A stretch of DNA of 64,000 nt. Source: Schmidtea polychroa. Taxonomy: Eukaryota. Both the position numbers and the translations under genes were made by a program. This document shows, one piece after another, positions 55,746 to 64,000 of this stretch (positions are counted from its first letter, which is position 1; each line of letters begins with the position of its first letter). The notes under the pieces were generated by a model that searched no databases, was not told the origin of the DNA, and saw only the letters and a list, made by a program, of their open reading frames with translations. The stretch spans positions 39,494,001-39,558,000 of the forward strand of contig CM097885.1 of assembly GCA_044892525.1 (NCBI GenBank), read 5' to 3'.

Positions 55746-55748
55746 TTA

Positions 55749-56335
55749 TGTAATGTACAGTTATTTTTGTTAGTATTTTAGTATTCACAATTAGGAATTG
55801 TGTATACTAAAATATAAAATATTACCATCTGGGAAATCCAGATTTTTAAAAATAAACTATATAGCGATAATTTACTATAGTAAATTATCGCTATAGTTAA
55901 AAGAAAATTGAAAAATTAAAAAAATCAATGAGGAATAGAATATGGAAACGATAATTTGTATTAGTTTTGAGAACTGAAAATTCATTTCTTTATCAAAGAC
56001 TTTTAAGTAGAGTTTATTGTACAGAAAGAAAATCAAAGAAAATATTTGGAAGTATATTTCAAGAACGTCCAAGATAGATACGAGGTTTTATTTCTTTGTT
56101 GTAATAAATTTTAAAAGTTGTAACATTTATTATTGTTTTGTATTATATCTATAACTTTATATTGTTTGTAAATCTTATATTTTGAACATAACACGCACCC
56201 CGATTGTCCCGCTACAAGTTTTAACGGTGACTCTTTCGGGCTCTTCAAATTCTCCTCCAAAATAACATAATTAACAATAATAACAATAAAAACAATAATT
56301 TATTAACTATAATAACAACTATAACCTCCATAACA
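55749..56335 (+). repeat. 3' LTR (587 bp)
   Basis: Direct repeat of 50405-50991. Confidence 0.96.
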
Positions 56336-57239
56336 CTAATATTACTTTTAAAATAATAATAATAATATTATTAAAATCACCCACGCGTGTTAAAATAATA
56401 CTTTGAAACAAAATATTGAAAATTCAAAAAATAATAATACTTGGNNNNNNNNNNNNNNNNNNNNNNNNNNNNNNNNNNNNNNNNNNNNNNNNNNNNNNNN
56501 NNNNNNNNNNNNNNNNNNNNNNNNNNNNNNNNNNNNNNNNNNNNNNNNNNNNNNNNNNNNNNNNNNNNNNNNNNNNNNNNNNNNNNNTCTTTGTTAAATA
56601 AGTCAACTTTAGCGTCAAAATGTGTTTTTAAAATATATTTAAATTTTAAAATACCGCAACCTAATATATTTAATAATTAAAAATATGATGAGTCATATGT
56701 CTTTGTTTAAAATGATGAGTCATATGTCTTTGTTTAAAATGATGGGTTATATGTATTCGTTACATAAAATGATGAGTCATCGGTTATTATTCTCTGGCGA
56801 CATGTTGAGTGTGAATATTGCACATAATAGGCCTTTGAATTATCTTTTGTTTGATATACATATTATAAGGTTTTAAAATTTTGAACTCTTTGAAGGTTTT
56901 TATAGGTTCAGGACCCTTCATAAATATTTGAAAGTATGACCATGATACTCACATCACAAATACCTTTTGTTTGATATGTATATTATAAGATTTTAAATTT
57001 TTTGAATCTTGGACCCTTCGAGGGTATAACCTTCGAATTTACCATTAGAGGTCCTTTTGTAAGGTTTGAAAAAAAATTAAGTTTGAACACCTTAGAAGGC
57101 TATTGACCCACCATAAACTTTCGAGGGTATGACCATCATATTCGCCTCTCAAATACCTGTCGAATGATGTATATATTTTAAGGTTTGAAAGAAATCGAAG
57201 GTTTTTGACCCTTTGAAGAACATATGATGGTTATAACCA

Positions 57240-58253
57240 TCATACTTGCCTCCCAAGTACCTTTCGAATGATATTGTTAGGTTCGTTAGGCTTGTTCACA
57301 TTACCCTTATCGGTATTTTTATTGAACTGACTGGTGTTTCCACTCTGGTTTTGAGGGCATGACCTCATCATATGTCCGAATTTCCCACATCCGAGACATT
57401 TTATCTTTCCTGATGAATTTACATCATCTCTTTTAACCGTACTAAAATTATTGCTGTTCTGAGGACTTCTAGTCTTGCAGACCGCAGCAACATGTCCCTT
57501 TAGTTTGCATTTTTCACATTGCAAATTTTGTACTCTACAGTTTTCCGCACCGTGGTTATTCCGTCCACATTTGGTACATTGTATACTTTTACGATTGTCC
57601 ATAGTTTTCCTACCGGTACAATCTTTCGCTATATGCCCTTTTCTATGGAAATTGAAACACTCTACCGGTGTTCTTTCACTATTTACAAGGAACATGGTTG
57701 ACTTTTCCAAGCTGCTTTCAATTACGACAGCTTTCCGTGTCAATTCGTCAAAATCATCACTAGTATGTAATATTAGGGCGTTCCTCATTGTAGGAGTAAG
57801 TCCTTCCCATAGCTGATCCTTAACTAACAATTCTGTTGGCTTTGCCCATGTGGTTTTTGGACCAAATGCTCTTTCAGCAATTAATGATAGCTGGTGTGCA
57901 AATTCCCCCACATGTTCATTGGCATTCTGTTTTCGATGATAAAATTGTTGTCTAAACATTCTTCCCGCATCTCCGTGCAATATTCGAGCAGTCATTGCTT
58001 CTCTCATTTCGGCCCACGTTTTTGGTGCTTGAGCAACTGGTAATGCCATTGTGTCACTATATTTTTCTCTGGCCAGCCCTTTTAGGTATATGGGTAACCT
58101 TTGTATCATGATATTATATGGATAAGCATATGCATTTACCATCTGATAATATTCATACATAAACTCTGGGAATTCTCCCGGATCATCGCTGAATGCCTTT
58201 ACGGGCAGAGCAGGATATCTGGCAAATGCGTTTACATTAGCTTCCTCTGCCAT
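57240..58253 (-). pseudogene. Gag with four zinc knuckles (one degenerate), truncated; last 11 codons come from flanking DNA
   Basis: RLPIYLKGLAREKY, FYHRKQNANEHV.EFA..L. Knuckles CFNFHRKGHIAKDC, CTKCGRNNHGAENC, CEKCKLKGHVAAVC and CLGCGKFGHMMRSC. Confidence 0.9.
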
Positions 58254-58331
58254 TTAGTTATCCAATTTTACTCTGGCTCTAGTTCCTAACACTATTTTGT
58301 TTTATTTCAATTTCTACCCGCTGATAATTTT

Positions 58332-58349
58332 ATCACGTCGGGCACACCA
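58332..58349 (-). promoter_or_regulatory. Primer binding site, tRNA-Trp
   Basis: Minus strand TGGTGTGCCCGACGTGAT versus the canonical tRNA-Trp PBS TGGTGACCCCGACGTGAT (2 mismatches), 3 nt from the LTR end. Confidence 0.8.
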
Positions 58350-58978
58350 AAATGTTAGGTTCGATGGGTATGTATGCGAACTAACACAAAACGTTTATCT
58401 GACTCCGAAAATTTATAACGCGTGTAGGTAAATAAATAACAAATATGATTTAAATATTTATTAAAAGTAAATAATTTTTTACACAATTGTTTATATTACA
58501 AAAACAACCAAGCTGCTTTCTAAAGAACAGAAAACGGTTATACAAACCGCCCTAAAGAGTATTACTAAGAATCAAGGCTGGCCCTAAATGCGCCAACAGC
58601 CCGATATAGGTGAACGGAAAAGAGATAGGGATGTTTACCTAATTTTAACGCGATGGAGTCAACCAAGAAAACGGTTAACCCTTTAAATTATATCTGAAAC
58701 GAGACAGCTACAAAAAAATATGTGCTGACGTTACAATCCCCTTTAGTATAAGTTAAGTAAACGAATATATTTATATGTATATATATTTCAAATCAAAATT
58801 ACTAACTAATTAATTATTCCAACAAGAGCAAGATAAACCACAGATTGGTTGTCGAAATTGCTACAAATATATATCTTTAATTAATACTCCAATGGATATT
58901 GGAGTTTAGATATAGTATTGAGGATGCGAAATTTCCAAAATAATTGTTAAACTTTTTCCACAATCGATAATTGAATAT

Positions 58979-59073
58979 TGAATATCAAATCAGACTTGCA
59001 GTTATTAGTAGTGAATATCAAATCAGACTTGCAGTTATTAGTATTGAATATCAAATCAGACTTGCAGTTATTA
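58979..59073. repeat. 3 x 33-bp tandem repeat within the LTR
   Basis: TGAATATCAAATCAGACTTGCAGTTATTAGTAG starts at 58979, 59012 and 59045, bracketed by TTTCCACAATCGATAATTGAAT direct repeats. Confidence 0.9.
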
Positions 59074-61756
59074 TTTTCCACAATCGATAATTGAATGTCA
59101 AATCAGATAAATGCGAGAAATTTCTGAATCTATTTATAACTGTTTCTTTCAACTAATTCTCAATCTTTTTCTGTCGTGTGCAGTTTTCCGTCCTTGAGCT
59201 CAACTTTTCGACTGGTATTTATACCATTTTATTTATTTAAATCTATTAATAGTAATTATCTAATTACTATTTTTATTATATATTTTTATACAATTACTAT
59301 TTTTATTACAAATTTATTTTTAGTAATTGTTTATTACTATTTATATTTTAATTTTAATTTTAGTAATTATTTTCTATTTTAGGTAATTTTTTAAATACTA
59401 TTTTTAATTAATTATTATTTAATTCTACAACTTTTGATTCCGGTTCCTACTGAACCCCAACAATATATATTAAAAAGTTTGAAAATATTCGAAGGTTTTT
59501 GACCCTTTGAAGGTTTTACACCTTAGATCTTCGAGGGTATGACCACTGGATTGAGCTCTTCAAAACCTTTCCAATGATACCCATGTTTGAAGGTCTAACG
59601 TTGACTTAAAATTTGAACTTAAATTTGCGAAAATTTAATCTTTAAATGACCTAAATTGACCTTAAATTGTCCCTAGGATGCCATTGACCTTAAATTTTGA
59701 CCTTAAGGTGACCTCAAAATTTTNNNNNNNNNNNNNNNNNNNNNNNNNNNNNNNNNNNNNNNNNNNNNNNNNNNNNNNNNNNNNNNNNNNNNNNNNNNNN
59801 NNNNNNNNNNNNNNNNNNNNNNNNNNNNNNNNNNNNNNNNNNNNNNNNNNNNNNNNNNNNNNNNNNNNNNNNNNNNNNNNNNNNNNNNNNNNNNNNNNNN
59901 NNNNNNNNNNNNNNNNNNNNNNNNNNNNNNNNNNNNNNNNNNNNNNNNNNNNNNNNNNNNNNNNNNNNNNNNNNNNNNNNNNNNNNNNNNNAACAACAGA
60001 AAAAGTACATATTTCACGCCGAGTGTGTGTTAATAACAACCTTTTAACTTTACTACCAGGTGGATAACAAAGTTTAGAAACTATAGGTAAAATGTATATA
60101 ATATAAAGTTTGAAGATATTCGAAGGTTTTTGACCCTTTGAAGATTTTACTTCTGAGACCTTCGAGGATATGACAATTGGATAGAGATCTTCAAGGCCTT
60201 TCGAATGATACCCTTGTTTGAAGGTTTGATCTTAGTTGACCTTAAAATTTGACCTTACACTGACCTTGAGATTTGACCCTATGGTGACCTTTACACTGAC
60301 CTTATGACGTTGCGTATGACGAAATATGCATTTGTTACGTCATCGATGATCTCATGTCTTTATTCTCGGGTCCACATATTACTCTACTAATGTTGATATA
60401 AATGGGCACAAAAAAACATTAAATTCGCCAAAGTTTTGACCAAGAGTTTTCAAAGTTTAATCCTTCGGAGATATTAAAACCCAGAGTAGACAACAAAAGC
60501 TTTCAGGTTTTGGATTACACCACGAACCGAATTATTGAATTGCAAAGTGAGGAATGAAAAGCACAGATGCACTGAGTTGAAGAATCTTTGGCCGGCTGCT
60601 ACTGGAGAATAATTATTCTGTCAATTGCCTAAATTGGTTTAAAACGATTTTTATAATTGAAACTGTTCATTTTTTGATGAGATCGAGATAACCGTAAAGT
60701 ACCATCAATTTGTAACGATCACAGGTAATCAAGTAGTTAAATTCATAGAATATGTCAAAGTGAAATGGAGGGGTATGATGTAATATACATTTGTTACTTC
60801 GTCGATGACATCATATGTCTTTATTCCCGGTTCCATATGTCACCCTACTAACCTTTTCAATAAAAATAAAATATAAATATTTCTGGCTTTTTTTCATAAT
60901 TCTATTTTGTTTTAAATTTCCTAATTTTAACAAAATAAAAATTCGTTGTTTATTCCAAGAAAAATAAGAATTTTTAATTTAATTTTTAAATATTTTTGAT
61001 TGTATGAAATAACGTTAAAGTGCCTCTTACCGCATAATGACCTTAGCTCTTGATCTTTTAAGTAACACGATCCTGATTTTTAAAATCCTTAAAACAGTTA
61101 AGTAGTCTAGGAAATTTTTGTTGCATTTTCGAATTTACTTATTCTTTGATGATTTTTTTTGAAGTAATAAGTAATTTGTTTCTAACATTGAATTCGAGTT
61201 TTTTTCATATTTCTGTCGATAAAGATTGGTAAGCATATGAAAGTACTTGTATTTCTTGTTTTTAATAATTAAAATTTAAAATGCTTCTTCTACTTGTTGA
61301 AACCATTCTTATTTAAAAATTATTATTTTTGTCAGTTAGTATTCTGACTTCAATGATGTAATTACTATCAGTTGACATATTTTAAATGAAGCAGGGTAAA
61401 ATGGTAAAAATTTAACAAAATATGGAAATCTGGTAATTTGCAATTTTTTATTATTGAAATCACCTATTTATTACAATTTCAATATAAATGCAATGAGTTT
61501 ACTTTAAATTAAAATTGTTAAACATTTACTGATTAATAATGATTTCTAAATTACTTATAAATCTTTTTGAAAGATGTTGCTTATAAATAATAATAAACTG
61601 TCCTAAATCCTAAATAATTTCATGTGGTCGTAATTGTTTAAATATATATAAATAATAATTATAAACTAACATTTTTAAAATTTATAATTAAAATTGAAAT
61701 TATATATTAATAAAATTGTTTCATTACACAATAAATATAATTTTCTGTTATTTTAG

Positions 61757-62359
61757 ACTGAAAAGAAATTATTGATTTGTTGTACAGGCAGTGTGGCATC
61801 AATAAAACTATGTGAATTAATTGATCAATTGACTCTATTAAATTTCGAAATTAAAGTTGCTGCTACAAATAGCTCATTATTATTTATTGATTCAAATAAT
61901 TTTACTGTGCCAATATTCACAGATAAAGATGAAGGCAACTGCTGGAAAAAACGTGGCGATCCAATTTTACACATAGAAGTATTAATTATGAAACGTCTTT
62001 TTTATGCCAATTAGTTAACAGATTGGGCTGATATTCTTCTTATTGCCCCACTAAGTGCAAATACATTAGGTAAACTTGCTAATGGCATATGCGATAATCT
62101 TGTCTGCTGTGTTGCTAGAGCATGGCCTTCTATAAATTGCGACTCTCCTGAGTTTGCAAAACCATTTTTTATTGCACCATCAATGAATTCAAATATGTGG
62201 AATAATCCTTTAACACGAATGAACATTGAATCAATGAAATCTAATTATTCGGCGGTAGAAATACCCGTAACTAGTAAAGTGTTAATGTGTGGCAAACATG
62301 GTCCTGGCGCAATGGCAGAAATTACAGAAATTGTTTCTACCTTATCAAAATATCAATGA
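61757..62359 (+). CDS. PPCDC: Phosphopantothenoylcysteine decarboxylase (HAL3/CoaC flavoprotein); exons 61757-61978 and 62015-62359, first exon not located
   Basis: LLICCTGSVASIK...WKKRGDPILHIE|LTDWADILLIAPLSANTLGKLANGICDNLVCCVARAW...APSMNSNMW...KVLMCGKHGPGAMAE. GT-AG intron 61979-62014; acceptor TTTTAG at 61751-61756. Confidence 0.92.
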
Positions 62360-63797
62360 TTATTTAATAATAAATTCTATTTTTTTCTATTTCAATATAA
62401 AATTAGCGTATTATTTGAATTTAGTGATATGGCTAACTGCTTAAAATAAAGAGTTATGTTGATGTCGGTAATTTTAAAGTGAGAGTTTTGAGCTTATTTA
62501 TATTATACGTACGAAACCAGAGGGAGAGCACTTCAAGGTCAACCATTGATATAATTTTGTGTATCGCGAGAGCTCCCATAAGAAATAAATCTTTTTTTGA
62601 GAAAATTGTACCATACGTTATCTTGGTTTGAAAAATTTTGTTGATCCAGTAAGAGGTAATAAAATCTCCATTAGAAAATATTTAAGTTGTACATGTTCGA
62701 CATGTAATAGAAAAAAATAAAATTTTACCCATAATATTCAAAAACTTTATGAATTTTAACTGGTCATTGATATATATATATATGCTAGTAAAATTCACTG
62801 TAAAAAGCTAAGGTAGTGAGAACTTTGAATACTTTACCTTTGACAAAATCAATGGAAATTGACGAAAATATGATATCAGTTTTATTAAATCTCGAATCCA
62901 TATGTTAAGATAGACCATGTTACACTGGGCAATTTGAATTTAATTTATTTCAACTAAAAAGTTCTTAATTACAATGTATTAATTTGGAAAAATATAGTAA
63001 ATTTATTGAGATATCAATCTTGTTGCTTAATTAACAAATTAAGTTTTTCTTGGGATAAAATATTGTAAATTGAACACTCCATCATATGAAAGGGTAAAAG
63101 ATGAACTTTTAGATACCTCAAATTATCTATCCGATCATCAATTATTATCAAAGAAATTTGACTCGGTTATAAAAAAGTTTAAAGATGAGAGCACGGGTGA
63201 AGATGATGATGAGTGGGTTTTTTTAGATAAAAATGTTATAACTTATTAGGTAAATTAAAATACTTTAAAGCTAAGGGTGTATCTCTATAAGATGCGAAAT
63301 TAACTCATGAATCTTATAAAGATGTCAGAAGAAAACACAATTTTTACTGTTTGACAATTTGAATAGGAACAAAAAATAACCAGCTTTATAGTTTTAAAAT
63401 TTCAAAAATAGCACTCATTGATAAAGACCATAAAATGGTTTGGGTAGGAAAAAATAAAAGTTGTACATACGTACATAATAAAGTAAATAATCAAATGGAA
63501 GATGATGTTGAGATTTTAATAAAAAGAATTTAGATTCTCAACGTCGCACTGGTGTTTATTTATATGGTAATAAATAAAAAGACAGAGTTTTGATGTTTAA
63601 AAAATATGATAAATTAAAATTAACAACCAAAATTTCAATTTGTCTACAAATACTTCCGAAAAATGGTGCATATTATGTTTTGTTAAATGTTATGTGATGT
63701 TTATTGTGTTGCTTGTAAAGTTTGAACGTTTCTGTCATGTGTGTTCGATTTTCAAAGTTGGGATGAATTCACCTTTTTAACTCACAGACTTTTAGAT

Positions 63798-64000
63798 TGT
63801 TGGGCTAGAACCGAGAATCGAGAGCTTGTTTTAATGAATCAAAAATATATAACATAAAAATCGCACCAAGTTAAATTAAAACACCCATCAATACAAACTA
63901 AAGTGCATAACACATGGATGATAAATAAGACCCGGGTAATAAAATAAATGAACGCAAATAGAGGTCGCAATCACTAACACCATTAGGAGAAATATCGCAT
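63798..64000 (+). mobile_element. Probable start of another LTR, running off the window
   Basis: TGTTGGGCTAGAAC is identical to the 45710 terminus and similar to the 59462 terminus (TGTTGGGGTTC), followed by A-rich sequence. Confidence 0.4.

Larger units (their letters stand above)
50405..56335 (+). mobile_element. Full-length CsRn1-like Ty3/Gypsy LTR retrotransposon
   Basis: 587-bp LTRs with TG...CA ends, 5-bp TSD CTAAT (50400-50404, 56336-56340), PBS, PPT, gag and pol. Confidence 0.96.
57275..59462 (-). mobile_element. Truncated Gypsy element: 5' LTR - PBS - partial gag
   Basis: LTR 58353-59462 with imperfect inverted ends TGTTAGGTTC / GAACCCCAACA, PBS, and gag. ATAT flanks both ends (57271-57274, 59463-59466), and the joined flanks rebuild a satellite unit. 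Confidence 0.8.
56590..60310 (+). repeat. Composite repeat region (27-bp repeats, GAAGGTTTTTGACCCTTTGAAG satellite, TTGACCTT repeats) interrupted by the 57275-59462 insertion and a gap
   Basis: ATGATGAGTCATATGTCTTTGTTTAAA x2-4 at 56685-56780. GAAGGTTTTTGACCCTTTGAAG at ~57197, ~59491 and ~60122. Confidence 0.75.

Noticed and set aside
22659-57816. Numerous short plus/minus ORFs overlapping the long retroelement ORFs
   Set aside because: Opposite-strand or off-frame shadows of the coding regions, without independent motifs.
49190-59720. Large foldback/TIR element enclosing both LTR elements
   Set aside because: The shared modules are not in mirror order on the two sides; better explained as separate copies of a composite repeat.
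42795-60067. ORFs containing X runs (42795-43233, 48934-49304, 56403-56680, 59662-60067)
   Set aside because: Artefacts of N gaps.
61080-61380. Minus-strand fragments (MSTDSNYIIEVRILTDK..., EWFQQVEEAF) resembling a decayed gag
   Set aside because: Multiple stops and shifts, too little signal to call without a search.

Overview
AT-rich eukaryotic scaffold, probably from a compact-genome invertebrate (a host PPCDC gene has a 36-nt GT-AG intron). There are four N gaps: 42844-43118, 48990-49182, 56445-56587 and 59724-59991. (1) 1-20244 is a tandem array of six near-identical 3.2-3.6 kb units, each with an intronless eIF4B-like ORF. (2) The array breaks at 20245 into a giant minus-strand Ty3/Gypsy-type LTR element, at least 21 kb and possibly reaching 45710. 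Its gene order reads gag(3xCCHC) - coiled coil - 2x ubiquitin-like - TRAF/MATH - Bcl-2-like - signal peptide + chuvirus-like glycoprotein - protease - RT - RNaseH - integrase - ankyrin repeats - second type-I membrane protein, then an orphan ORF, a full RING-zf-MATH TRAF gene and a BIR/IAP gene. The envelope gene lies between gag and protease, in frame with the protease. A recurring RI(C/N/F)M(M/I/L)-like motif marks domain boundaries, suggesting one ~4,500-aa self-processed polyprotein with anti-apoptotic/immune-modulating cargo. This copy is disabled by several stops and 1-nt frameshifts and has a 4.77-kb internal tandem duplication. (3) 45711-48144 is a degenerate seventh array copy with a hAT MITE, followed by an integrase remnant. 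(4) 50405-56335 is a young, structurally complete CsRn1-like Gypsy element with 587-bp LTRs and a CTAAT TSD. (5) 57275-59462 is an LTR-PBS-gag stub that ends at an 11-bp LTR-end mimic inside gag. (6) PPCDC lies at 61757-62359, and another LTR probably starts at 63798. All domain calls are by-eye motif recognition; no database searches were run.
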